64,000 nucleotides of DNA from Vulcanimicrobiota bacterium (GCA_963786105.1 CAWAXX010000018.1:49981-113980); one strand, 5' to 3'; counted from the first letter of the stretch, positions 46,624 to 56,371 are shown. The notes: generated by a model from the letters alone, not told the origin. Numbers and translations: made by a program.

Positions 46624-49600
46624 TTGATCAGAGCCCTGCTTCGGGTGAAGAAACTCGTAGTGTTCCTCGGCTTCGTCGTCATGGCATTCCCCCACTCGGT
46701 AATGGCTGAAACGGCCGGGATCATTTCGGGCACGGTAACCGACGATCGCACGCACGCCCCGGTGGCCGGGGTGGCGGTGGTGGCCAAATCGCCGAGCGCA
46801 ACGTACCGCACGGTGACCGATTCGCGAGGTCAGTTTCGCTTTTTGAGCGTGCTGCCCGACAACTACTCGCTGTCGTTTTCTCACGCCGGGTACGCACCCT
46901 ACTCGACCCTCGTCGTCGTCCTCAACGGCTCGCAGCAGACGGTCAACGCGGCGATATCGACGTCGTTGCGAACGATCGCCGTCACCCACGCTCGCTCCGC
47001 CGGTAGCGCGTTCCAGCACGGGATGACGATCGACACCTACACGGTAACGGGCCAGCAGATCACGATGGTGCAAGGCAAAGAGTTCAACACCGATCAGAAC
47101 CAGCTGCTGCGTAGCATTCCAAGCGTCACCATCGACAAATCCGGAACGGTCTCGATTCGCGGCGGGTTTGCCTTCGAAGCCGCCTATGAGTTCGAGGGCA
47201 TCGACTACACGACGCCGTCGGCCAACTTGCAGAACACGCTGCAGAACGTCGGCAACTTCAATCTTCTCAATGGCGTCGGTGCCGTGCAGCTGATTCCCGG
47301 CGGCGGCGACGCCACTCACGGAAATACCGGCACCGGGCTGGTGCTGTTCACCGCCAAGCACGGCACGTTTCCGACCTACGTGCACGCCGACCTCGAAGCC
47401 CAGATGTTTCCGTATTTGCATCAACTGGGGTTGGAGTGGGGCTGGGCCGATCCCAAACAGCATCTGTCGAACTACGCCGGCTTTATCGGCGTGCGCAAAA
47501 ACTATCAGTACGGCATCCCGGGTACGGCAGCCAACACGCTCGGGACGCTCGGTACGAACGCGGCCACCCTCGGCAGCGTGATCGACCCGAACTTGGTCTA
47601 CTACGCGCCCTCGTATCTGTCGTCCAACGACTTCGTCGATAATCTGATCTATCGCTTCGGAAAGAACCAGAGCCAGCGGCTGCAGTTATTCATTCAAGAC
47701 CAGCAGATCACGCAGAAACTCGACTACGGCGGCTTCCAGTTTCTGCCCTACATTTCCGGCGGAAACACCTCCGGCAAATGCGCGAGATATCCGGTAATCG
47801 GTCAGAACGGAATACCGGTCAACAGCTCGCAGCAGAACTTTGCCTGTAACTCGTTGATTCCGCTGTTTCCCGGCCAGCCCAATACCTACTCGTTCGTCTC
47901 GCAGCCCGACGAGCTGCAGAGTCCGTTCCTAGCCTATAAGTTCGAGTACGGCGCGAACATCGGCTCGTCGTCGCTGCTGACGGCCCGCTTTTACCGTACG
48001 TTCATCGAGCAGTCGCAGAACATGCCGGCGCAAGGCATTTTCGCCTCTCCGTATGGCGGCTTCCGGACGGCCGGTCAGATCGATACCGTTACGCAAATCG
48101 GCAGCAAGAATACGTTTAAGGCCGGCGCGATCTACACGTACGCGCGGCCCTTCGGCGATCGCTTTGACTTTACGTCGTATACCGCGTTTACCGCTCCCGC
48201 GTTCATCGTGCAGTATGCCATCACGCATCCCAATCAGCCGCTCCCGCTCCCGTATACCTACACGGGACTTCTGCCCAACACCAACCCCAGCACGCAGCAA
48301 GGGCTGGAAGAGGATTTCTTTTCGCAATCCCAATGCCAGCAATTGCGTCTGTCTTCGGGTTGCGGATATTTGAGTTCGTACTTTCCAAAAGGCGTCCGGT
48401 TTCCTTACGAACACGACGTTCCAACCGTCGGCCAGCAGACCTATGGCTTGTACCTGCAAGACACGGTCGACATGTCGATTAAGTGGAAGACCGAACTCGG
48501 ACTGCGCTACGACGGTTATAACTTTCAAATCCCAACCGACCCGGGCAGTCCGCCCAGCATCGCGGCGGTCGCCCATCAGCGCCAGCTCGAGCCCCACCTC
48601 GATATCTCCTACGCGCCCGATCCGCGCGATACGATTCGTTTCGGCTTCGGGCACACGCTGTCGGTGCCGCTTCCGAGCCAGCTTGGTGCCAACGTCAGTC
48701 GCGATCCATACCAAGCGTTTCTCGGAATCCCGTCGTACGACAACACGACCGGACAGGCAGCCCAATACTGTGGTCCGCACGCTAACCAAACGTGCACGAA
48801 CTACGCTAATCAGTTGTATTGGCTCACCCGCGACTATCGTTTCGGCAGTTCCACGCTGGAAGCACCGCTGGTGGGCGCAACGTTTACCAACGTCGATTTG
48901 TCCTGGGCGCACGAGTTCAAAGACGGGGCCGCCGTCAAGGTGACGCCGTTCTACCGGCGCGGCTACAACGTCATCGAGCAAACCGCGCAGATCATCGGCT
49001 TCAACTTCGACACCGGCACGCCGGTCTACGGCAACATCGCGTACTCGAATCTGGGAATTCAAAAGGCGACCGGCGTCGAGTTACTCTACACGAAAGAGGC
49101 ACCGCTCGGGCTCTCGATGCAGATCGGCGCCACGTACATCAGTCAGTTCGGCAACGAGCCGCCCGGTGCGTTCTTGCAGCCGGCAGCGCTGGCGTTGGGC
49201 GTGACCTACCGTTCGCCCGACTTATCGCCCTTTCAGATGAACGCCGCCTTCAACTATAAGACCGCGCACGGCTGGCGGATCAATCCGGTCATCGGGTTCA
49301 ACGTCGGCTATCCGTACGGCGGCGGCTACTACACCGCCGTGTACTGCAACGGGATTCCGGTTATCGTCGCCAGCTCGAGCTTGTCGACGATCTTCTCGCA
49401 AACGCCCGGGTACATCGATCCCCTCAATCCCGGAACCTGCACCAAACCCAACATCGCCGCCACCCGCGGCATTCACGAACCGGGATTGCCCGGCGGACTG
49501 CTCACGACGCCGCGCGTCAACGCCGATCTCACCGTCGAGTACAGTCCGGTGACCACCCGGCTTGCCAAATCCGTCTTCGGATTACAAGTCAAGAATTTGT

Positions 49601-49806
49601 TCAATCAGCTCTACAACGTGCCGGTCGTGAACGGGTGCTACGGTACGCCGGTTACGACGGGCTTGACCAGCGGCACCGCGCCGTGCACCTACCAAACACC
49701 TCAGTACGCGCCGCCCGACGTGACCGCGCACGGTTCGCAGCCCTACCTTACGTATCCCAACGAGCCGCCCATCTCGTTTCGCCTCTACTATCAGGTGTCG
49801 ATATGA
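46624..49806 (+). CDS. TonB-dependent receptor with N-terminal carboxypeptidase-regulatory-like domain (SusC-like layout)
   Basis: TTG 46624 (GGAG 6 nt upstream) gives MIRALLRVKKLVVFLGFVVMAFPHSVMA; GTG 46645 is an alternative. GIISGTVTD..RGQFRF..PDNYSLSFSHAGY. Plug SIRGGFAFEAAYEFEGIDY. About 850-aa barrel. Paralog of 42..3095. Confidence 0.85.
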   Translation: MIRALLRVKKLVVFLGFVVMAFPHSVMAETAGIISGTVTDDRTHAPVAGVAVVAKSPSATYRTVTDSRGQFRFLSVLPDNYSLSFSHAGYAPYSTLVVVLNGSQQTVNAAISTSLRTIAVTHARSAGSAFQHGMTIDTYTVTGQQITMVQGKEFNTDQNQLLRSIPSVTIDKSGTVSIRGGFAFEAAYEFEGIDYTTPSANLQNTLQNVGNFNLLNGVGAVQLIPGGGDATHGNTGTGLVLFTAKHGTFPTYVHADLEAQMFPYLHQLGLEWGWADPKQHLSNYAGFIGVRKNYQYGIPGTAANTLGTLGTNAATLGSVIDPNLVYYAPSYLSSNDFVDNLIYRFGKNQSQRLQLFIQDQQITQKLDYGGFQFLPYISGGNTSGKCARYPVIGQNGIPVNSSQQNFACNSLIPLFPGQPNTYSFVSQPDELQSPFLAYKFEYGANIGSSSLLTARFYRTFIEQSQNMPAQGIFASPYGGFRTAGQIDTVTQIGSKNTFKAGAIYTYARPFGDRFDFTSYTAFTAPAFIVQYAITHPNQPLPLPYTYTGLLPNTNPSTQQGLEEDFFSQSQCQQLRLSSGCGYLSSYFPKGVRFPYEHDVPTVGQQTYGLYLQDTVDMSIKWKTELGLRYDGYNFQIPTDPGSPPSIAAVAHQRQLEPHLDISYAPDPRDTIRFGFGHTLSVPLPSQLGANVSRDPYQAFLGIPSYDNTTGQAAQYCGPHANQTCTNYANQLYWLTRDYRFGSSTLEAPLVGATFTNVDLSWAHEFKDGAAVKVTPFYRRGYNVIEQTAQIIGFNFDTGTPVYGNIAYSNLGIQKATGVELLYTKEAPLGLSMQIGATYISQFGNEPPGAFLQPAALALGVTYRSPDLSPFQMNAAFNYKTAHGWRINPVIGFNVGYPYGGGYYTAVYCNGIPVIVASSSLSTIFSQTPGYIDPLNPGTCTKPNIAATRGIHEPGLPGGLLTTPRVNADLTVEYSPVTTRLAKSVFGLQVKNLFNQLYNVPVVNGCYGTPVTTGLTSGTAPCTYQTPQYAPPDVTAHGSQPYLTYPNEPPISFRLYYQVSI

Positions 49807-50999
49807 CGATTACACGACTTTTTCTCGCCGGCATCGTTGCAGGCATCGCCGTACCGCTAGTGGCCGGGTGCGGCAACGGGGGTGCCTCGGAGCCGCCGGT
49901 GACGTCGCTCGATCCGGCAGCCAACAGTAAGCTGCAGTTCGCGGTCGGTATGGCCACCATCGCCTCAAACGGCGGCAACAGCGTCGCTTATGGACTCAAC
50001 ACCGTTCTGACGCTGCGCCAATCCGACGGATTGTCGGGCGTGCTGTACAGCATTCCGCAAATCCTCGGACCGTCAAGTTTCGACGTGCTCGTCTCGACCC
50101 AAACCGGCAACGACGTTCAGTCGGCCGGCGCCGACCTCGGCACCAACCACATCACCTGGGGAACGCTCAATCAACTGCAATGGACCGGGCAGCCGCGCGG
50201 AATTAAGGCCGCGACCACCGGTGCTTTCGGCTACGGCTTCTGCCCGTGCAACTCCGACGCCGGGCCGGTCAACGGGACGGCTCCCGTGTATCAAGCATTC
50301 AACCTTCCCGTCTACGGCAACAACGAAGAAACTTTCTACGGAGGGCCGCCGGCGTTTCCGGCCGCCGATCCGGCAGTGCTCGCACTGGGATGGCAAGGCT
50401 ATTCGCTGGGCTTCACCGACTTTGCCGTGCAGCCGGTCATCGGTACGTACCGCTTGTACGCCGCCGTTCCGCCGGCGTACACCACTCCGCAGAATCCCAC
50501 GCCCAGCCCCGATCCCAACGGTTCGCCAACGCCGGCACCCGGCGTTCTTGCGGCCTCCGCCCAGCTCACCAAGCTCACACCGTTACCAGTGTTCTCTACG
50601 CCGACCTTTACGCCCGATGGTAAAGGCGGCGGTACGGTAAGCGTGCACGTTCCCAAGGCGGCCACCGAGGCGATGATAATCGTGCGCGCGTTTGGACACA
50701 GCGGCACCGGTAACTGCGTCCTCGCCCATACGAGCGATGCTTTCTACACGCTGATCACCAAACACGCGACCTTCGCGCAGTTGCCGTTGCCAGACAACAT
50801 CGGTCCGCAAACCAGCTCCGGACAACCCAGCGCGACGCTCTGTCCGAAGAGCACGTACCAAATCTTTGCCGCCGGCACCGACTACCCGGCCTACGAAGCG
50901 GCCTATCCGCAAAACCTTTCGCAACAGCCGCCAATCCGTGGATCCAACGGACAGGCCGACGTGACGACGTCCGACATCCTCAATGGAGCCTATCCATGA
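49803..50999 (+). CDS. lipoprotein, unknown function (398 aa)
   Basis: ATGA overlap with the receptor stop. Lipobox VPLVAGC. Gly/Thr/Pro/Ala-rich, beta-looking sequence with a Pro-rich linker (TTPQNPTPSPDPNGSPTPAPG). Confidence 0.75.
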   Translation: MTITRLFLAGIVAGIAVPLVAGCGNGGASEPPVTSLDPAANSKLQFAVGMATIASNGGNSVAYGLNTVLTLRQSDGLSGVLYSIPQILGPSSFDVLVSTQTGNDVQSAGADLGTNHITWGTLNQLQWTGQPRGIKAATTGAFGYGFCPCNSDAGPVNGTAPVYQAFNLPVYGNNEETFYGGPPAFPAADPAVLALGWQGYSLGFTDFAVQPVIGTYRLYAAVPPAYTTPQNPTPSPDPNGSPTPAPGVLAASAQLTKLTPLPVFSTPTFTPDGKGGGTVSVHVPKAATEAMIIVRAFGHSGTGNCVLAHTSDAFYTLITKHATFAQLPLPDNIGPQTSSGQPSATLCPKSTYQIFAAGTDYPAYEAAYPQNLSQQPPIRGSNGQADVTTSDILNGAYP

Positions 51000-53059
51000 C
51001 ATCCGACCGAACGTTTGCGCGTTTCGCCGTCGCATGTTCCGCGGCGATTTCTCTGTGCGTCATGACGGCCTGCGGCGGCTCGCCGAACACGCCCAACGGA
51101 TCCTTCGTCGGTTCACCCGGCGGCTCGGATCCGCCGCCTACGCAGCTCGTCGGCGTGAATCTCACGGTGACGATTCCGGCCGGCAGCGGCAGGTCGCGAA
51201 CGCACTCGGGCATGTCGCCGGGTTACGTTTCGACGGCGACGCAGTCGCTCGCGATCCAGCTCGCTTCGGTCAACGGTGGCGGAGTTAGCGGCATCAACGC
51301 CTCGATCGTCGATACGCGGCCAAAATCGCCGCGTTGCAGCGCACGCGGCGGCGCAACCGTCTGCGAGGCCGTAATTTCCGGCTCACCGGGAAGCGACGTC
51401 TTTAGCGTCACCACCTACGACGGCCTCAACGCCACCGGTTCAGTGCTGTCGGTCGGTAGCGTTTCGGCGCACATCGGCTCCGGCGGCGGGGGCGTCGGCA
51501 TCAACAACCTACTATCGCTCGACCTCAACGGGGTCATCGCCGGGCTCAAACTCTCGCTTTCGCCCAACAACGCCAAACGCGGGAAGGCGCTGGACGCGGC
51601 GGTAGCACTCTCGGCCTACGACGCAGCCGGCGCGCAAATAATCGGCAACAGCGACTACGAAACGCCGATTACGCTGACCGTTCAGGGCGACTCCACGAGT
51701 TCATTTACGCTGCATGCGCCGGGCCAATCCGGCTCGTCGCTCTCGATCACCAAACCGATGTCGGGCCTTTCCCTGAGCTACGACGGAAACAAACAGGCGT
51801 CGTCGATCACCGTTCAGGCGGGTGTCAACAATACGGGGACCGTCAACGCACCCTTTACGCTCCACGGGCACGTCCCGCCGCCGCCGGTCGGCACGATCTA
51901 CGCATTGAATCTCGGCACGACCGACGGGCGCGGCGCGACCGTCACCGAGTACGACGGCAAAGCCAACGGCAACGCCGCCCCGCTCCGCACGCTGAATCTG
52001 GATGGGAAGATGTACGCGCGCAGCATCGCCGTGGATGCGTCCGGCAATTTATACGTCGGCTACTTCAGCAGCAAGAACTCTCTCGGATTCTTGCCGTCGA
52101 ACGGGCAGCCGGATACCGGCAACGTCGTAGCGGTCTTCGCCCCGGGCGCGAGCGGAAGCGATCAGCCAACGGCAATTCTGACTAGCGACAAGAGCACGCA
52201 GTCGGCACTGTTCCCGCTCTACACCGCCTTCAACGCCTCGGGAGGCTTGGTGGTGTACGGCGCGACGGCCGTCGACGGCAACGATGGTAGCGACGCGGCA
52301 CTCACGTACGCCGCCGGCGCTTCCGGTGCCGCCACACCGATGCACGGCTGGAACTTCGCGAGCCCGACGATTCGTTACGCCGGACCGACCGGACTCACGC
52401 TCGATGCCGGCGGCAACTTCTACGTTGCCGGCGCGCTGAGCACGTCACTCGGCCCGAAATACGGCATCTTCGTCGCGTCGGCGGCCGACGTCGGCAATCC
52501 GCAAGCCAATCCCGCGCGCACGATCCCGTGGGACGACAACACGGAGCTCGCGCCGGGTTTCACCGTCAACGTGGGTCTCGATTCGAGCAGCGAAGTGGTC
52601 GTGGCCAATGCGCTGCTGAACGTCAGCGGCAGCAACATATCTTGCCAAGGCCGTGCCAACGTCTTCGCGGCCGGCGCGAATGGGGGAACCACCGACGTTC
52701 CGCCGCTTCGCGTGCTGACGCTGCAGGGAATCTTCACGCAAAACGCGCTGTGCGCGCGGCCCGGCACGCCGCTTCAGCCGTTCTTCCCGACGCTGGCGAT
52801 GTATGCAAATACCCTGTTCGTCGCGGACGACTTCAACAACGCGCTCGCCGCATTTCCTTCGACCCACGGCGGCACCGTGACGCCGACGCAGCGCATCGCC
52901 GGCTCGGCGACCGGCCTCAACGCGCCGATCGCCGTGGTCGTCTCACCCCTTTCCGGTCTGGCTGCGGCCCGGCCGGCAACCGGCCGCTCTCAAAGTGTGC
53001 CGTCGTTCGTACGCACCAACCCACACGTCACACGTTCGATAAGGATGAATACACCATGA
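50996..53059 (+). CDS. lipoprotein with Ig-like N-terminal region and probable beta-propeller C-terminal region (687 aa)
   Basis: ATGA overlap. Signal/lipobox ISLCVMTAC. Recurrent strand motifs NLYVGY, GLVVYG, NFYVAG, TLFVADDFNNALAAF spaced ~45-60 aa apart. The fold assignment is an inference. Confidence 0.75.
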   Translation: MTSDRTFARFAVACSAAISLCVMTACGGSPNTPNGSFVGSPGGSDPPPTQLVGVNLTVTIPAGSGRSRTHSGMSPGYVSTATQSLAIQLASVNGGGVSGINASIVDTRPKSPRCSARGGATVCEAVISGSPGSDVFSVTTYDGLNATGSVLSVGSVSAHIGSGGGGVGINNLLSLDLNGVIAGLKLSLSPNNAKRGKALDAAVALSAYDAAGAQIIGNSDYETPITLTVQGDSTSSFTLHAPGQSGSSLSITKPMSGLSLSYDGNKQASSITVQAGVNNTGTVNAPFTLHGHVPPPPVGTIYALNLGTTDGRGATVTEYDGKANGNAAPLRTLNLDGKMYARSIAVDASGNLYVGYFSSKNSLGFLPSNGQPDTGNVVAVFAPGASGSDQPTAILTSDKSTQSALFPLYTAFNASGGLVVYGATAVDGNDGSDAALTYAAGASGAATPMHGWNFASPTIRYAGPTGLTLDAGGNFYVAGALSTSLGPKYGIFVASAADVGNPQANPARTIPWDDNTELAPGFTVNVGLDSSSEVVVANALLNVSGSNISCQGRANVFAAGANGGTTDVPPLRVLTLQGIFTQNALCARPGTPLQPFFPTLAMYANTLFVADDFNNALAAFPSTHGGTVTPTQRIAGSATGLNAPIAVVVSPLSGLAAARPATGRSQSVPSFVRTNPHVTRSIRMNTP

Positions 53060-54480
53060 ATAAGGCCCTTGCTACCATGACCATGGCCATGGCCGCCATC
53101 CCCGCGCTGTTGCTCAGCGCGTGTAATGGAAACAGCCAGTCAGGAGTAGCTTCGTTACCAAATGCCGCCGGCGTATCGACGCAGTCGAACGCGCAAGGCG
53201 GACACCGCTTGCATCATAACGACAATGGCCCGCAAGACCTACATGCGGGCGGCGCAACCTTCCCCGCTTACGGCTACAATCTCGCCAGTCAGCCGGTTGG
53301 ACTCTATAGCGGCCCGCAAGCACCTCCCGGAACCGGCTCGCTCTTTGACGCTGCACCGACGACCGGCACGATCTACTACTGTCTCACCGGAAGCGGCGCC
53401 GGCCGCAAGCAGTTTGACGGCGACCCGGCGAGGCTCCCAGGCAACGCCGCTTGCGCCGGACTCGGCGACACGCCGACCGGATTCGGCGGCCGTGGTGAAC
53501 CGCTCGACTTCCTCGGCAGCGACGTCATGCTGATCTCGACCGAATACGCAACCTACGCGGCAAATCGCAAAGCCACGCAAGGCGAACCGTTCATCTTCCC
53601 GACCATCGGCGGACCGATCGTCTACGGATTCCGGCCGAAGGATATTAACCATGCCGTCCAACTCTCGCGGTGGAGCTACTGCGCCATCGCCAACGGCACC
53701 GTCGGCGACTGGAACGATCCCGCACTGACCGCCGACAATGGCTCCTCGCTCACCGGCGGCGTGTCGGAGCCGATGACCTTCTACTACCGTTCCGACGGCA
53801 GTGGCACCAGCCAAATCTACCAGAATCACCTCAGCACGGTGTGTACCGCCAGCTGGCCGGCGCCGTACAACGCGCCGCCGTACGAATCCTCGGGTCACAG
53901 CGCGGCCTGGACCTTCGGACAGGGCCCGAACTGGCTCGGACCGACGGGACACCAATCCTCCGGTAGCACCTTCGTCGGCGCCAGCGGCAACCCGGGCGTT
54001 CTCGCCGGCATCCAATCCACGCCGTGGGGCACCGGTTATGTCGAAGGCGCTTATGCCAAGTCGGCCAACCCGAAAGTCAGCCAAGCGCTTCTGCAAAACG
54101 GTGCGAACTTCATAAACCCGACGAATAAGGCGTCCGTCGTCGCCGCCCTGAAGCCGGTCACCAAATCGGCCATCACGTACGGCGGATGCAGCGACGGCGT
54201 CGCGTGCGGCAGTTCTAAGCCGAAATGCATCCTCTACGTCAGCCTCAGCCACGTCCAATCGCCGCCGGCCGGTGCGTATCCGATCGTCGGCTTCAGTTAC
54301 ATGATGTTCTACGGCCAAAACAACGCCCACTACTCCGACGACAAGAAACTCATTGCGTTCATCGCGTCGACCAGCGCCAACTCGATTATCGGTAAACTCG
54401 AGTACGCGCCTCTGAGTAAATCCATCCACACGGCCATCAACAACGCCCTCAACGGAACCAGCCCCTGCCTCAATCCATAA
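53056..54480 (+). CDS. PstS-like (phosphate-binding-protein fold) lipoprotein
   Basis: ATGA overlap. Lipobox LLLSAC. GGATFPAYGY and YRSDGSGTSQIY resemble the PstS GATFP and DGSGT anion-binding motifs. No pstCAB genes nearby. Confidence 0.75.
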   Translation: MNKALATMTMAMAAIPALLLSACNGNSQSGVASLPNAAGVSTQSNAQGGHRLHHNDNGPQDLHAGGATFPAYGYNLASQPVGLYSGPQAPPGTGSLFDAAPTTGTIYYCLTGSGAGRKQFDGDPARLPGNAACAGLGDTPTGFGGRGEPLDFLGSDVMLISTEYATYAANRKATQGEPFIFPTIGGPIVYGFRPKDINHAVQLSRWSYCAIANGTVGDWNDPALTADNGSSLTGGVSEPMTFYYRSDGSGTSQIYQNHLSTVCTASWPAPYNAPPYESSGHSAAWTFGQGPNWLGPTGHQSSGSTFVGASGNPGVLAGIQSTPWGTGYVEGAYAKSANPKVSQALLQNGANFINPTNKASVVAALKPVTKSAITYGGCSDGVACGSSKPKCILYVSLSHVQSPPAGAYPIVGFSYMMFYGQNNAHYSDDKKLIAFIASTSANSIIGKLEYAPLSKSIHTAINNALNGTSPCLNP

Positions 54481-54491
54481 TCTCGCAGACG

Positions 54492-55283
54492 ATGCGTTGG
54501 TCACTCACGCGTGCCGCATTCCGGTGCGGCACGCGTGCGCTCTTTATTGCGGTCCTGAGCGCGACGCTGGCGTTAGGCGGATGCAATTCGAGTAGCAACA
54601 ACACACCGTCGAGCGGTGCGACGAAGGCCCAAGTGCGGTTCGTCGAGGGCGCGCCCTCGCTCGAAACGTTGATCAACGGCGCACCCACCGACATCGGAAC
54701 CTCGGCGTATCTGACCGTCAACGGTGCGACCGTCGCCACCTCGTTTCTCTACGGCAGCCGAACGCCGTTCGTGCCGGTTCCCGCCGGCGTTCTTTCGCTT
54801 ACCGCGTTGAACAGCTTGGGATACGCGGTCGGTCCGGTGAAGACGACCGCGGCTTTGACGGCCGCTAAGAGCTATACGGTCGTCTTGCTCGGAGCGTATC
54901 CAAACTACCGCGCGCTAACGTACGAGGAGCCGCCGAGCACCGGTAACGCCACACTTGCGCTCTACGAAGCGTCGCCGTCGTTTCCGTCGGCCGATTTCGG
55001 CCGCTTTTCGGCATCGAGCCGTTCGAACTTCAAAAAACTTGGAACGGCCCGGCTCGGCAGCGTCGTAACCGTTTCGCTCGGCAAGAGCGTGTCGAACCTC
55101 GGCGGGTACGTCGGCACCGGCACCAAGCCGCTCTTCAACGGTACGGTGACGCCGAGCAGCGTCGACGCCTTCGACACCACCAATGCTTTGCCGTTCAACA
55201 ATGCGAACCGCCTTTCGCTGTTCGTGTTCGATCCGAAGCCCGGGAGCTTCGTCGGACCCGTTGTCGGGAGTCTCGACCAATGA
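54492..55283 (+). CDS. DUF4397-like lipoprotein
   Basis: Lipobox LALGGC. VRFVEGAPSLETLINGAP..TVNGATVA and repeated beta-sandwich-like halves, as in DUF4397. Confidence 0.65.
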   Translation: MRWSLTRAAFRCGTRALFIAVLSATLALGGCNSSSNNTPSSGATKAQVRFVEGAPSLETLINGAPTDIGTSAYLTVNGATVATSFLYGSRTPFVPVPAGVLSLTALNSLGYAVGPVKTTAALTAAKSYTVVLLGAYPNYRALTYEEPPSTGNATLALYEASPSFPSADFGRFSASSRSNFKKLGTARLGSVVTVSLGKSVSNLGGYVGTGTKPLFNGTVTPSSVDAFDTTNALPFNNANRLSLFVFDPKPGSFVGPVVGSLDQ

Positions 55284-56365
55284 AACCGTCTCTATTCTTT
55301 ACCTACGCGATGGCGGTCGCCGCCGCGCTTTTGGTGATTTCGGGCTGTGGCGGCGCCGGCGGCAGCGGACCCGCGCCGGTCGCGATTTCGTCGCCGCCGC
55401 TGCCGACGCCGACGCCGCCCGCGCGCCGGCTCTACGTCGACCACAACGGGATTCTCTACGAGTACGCTTTGCCGCTGTCGTCGGCGTCAAAGCCGAAACG
55501 AACGCTGGTCGAAGCCCCCGGCTCGGGACTCCCGCCGCAGATCGCGGTCGATGCGTACGGCAAGATTGCCATCGCGACGCCGACGACGCTGCGCGTTTTC
55601 AATCCGCCGATCGATTCGTTCGCACCCTCGCGCGCAAAGTTGACGTTGACGCTCACACCCGCCATCACCGAAATCGGACAGTCGGGGGCCGATTTGGTCG
55701 ACATCGAGTACGACCCGAATCAGAACCTCTGGCTACTCAATAACCTCGGTGCCGAAATTACCGAACTCACCGCGCCGATATCCACTTCGAGCGTGGCAGC
55801 GCTGGCCATCGGCTTCGGCGCGCCCGGAAGCAAGACGTCCGGGTTTACGACGCTGCTGCAAGCGCGCTTCGACGTGAATGCGGCGCTCTACGTCTTCGCG
55901 GCTAATTCCACGCGCGCGTTGCTCTTCAAAATAAGCTTTCCGTATGCGAAACCGCCTTCGCCGACCGGTCTCGACGTGGGCAACGCCGATTTCGTCGACT
56001 CGAGCCAGTATCTCCCGACGAATCCGAACCCGATACCGGTAATCCTCGGGCAATACAATGGCCGGCTGACGTCGCCGCCGCCCGGATCGCCGCCGCCTCC
56101 GCCGATCGACCGGCTCGCGCAGTTTGCGGAGCCGCTGAACCCCGTACAAGGCCTCTTTCCCGATGCAACCGTCGATACGATCGTCGGGGCTCTGGTGGCC
56201 GATCCTCCGCGCAACGCTTTCTACACGCTCGACGCCATCACCGGACGCCTGAATCAGTGGGGTTTACCGCTGCGCAACCAGGCGACGCCGAAGCTTTCGC
56301 TGCCCTGCCTCGGCGGCAGCAGCAACTGCGTCTCGAAAGGCGAGCACCTCTTCCTCGCTCCCTAG
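55280..56365 (+). CDS. lipoprotein, unknown function, probable beta-propeller (361 aa)
   Basis: ATGA overlap. Lipobox LLVISGC. Pro-rich linker, then repeats such as RRLYVDHNG, KIAIATP, NLWLLNN, ALYVFAAN, AFYTLDA. Confidence 0.7.
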   Translation: MKPSLFFTYAMAVAAALLVISGCGGAGGSGPAPVAISSPPLPTPTPPARRLYVDHNGILYEYALPLSSASKPKRTLVEAPGSGLPPQIAVDAYGKIAIATPTTLRVFNPPIDSFAPSRAKLTLTLTPAITEIGQSGADLVDIEYDPNQNLWLLNNLGAEITELTAPISTSSVAALAIGFGAPGSKTSGFTTLLQARFDVNAALYVFAANSTRALLFKISFPYAKPPSPTGLDVGNADFVDSSQYLPTNPNPIPVILGQYNGRLTSPPPGSPPPPPIDRLAQFAEPLNPVQGLFPDATVDTIVGALVADPPRNAFYTLDAITGRLNQWGLPLRNQATPKLSLPCLGGSSNCVSKGEHLFLAP

Positions 56366-56371
56366 CCCTGT

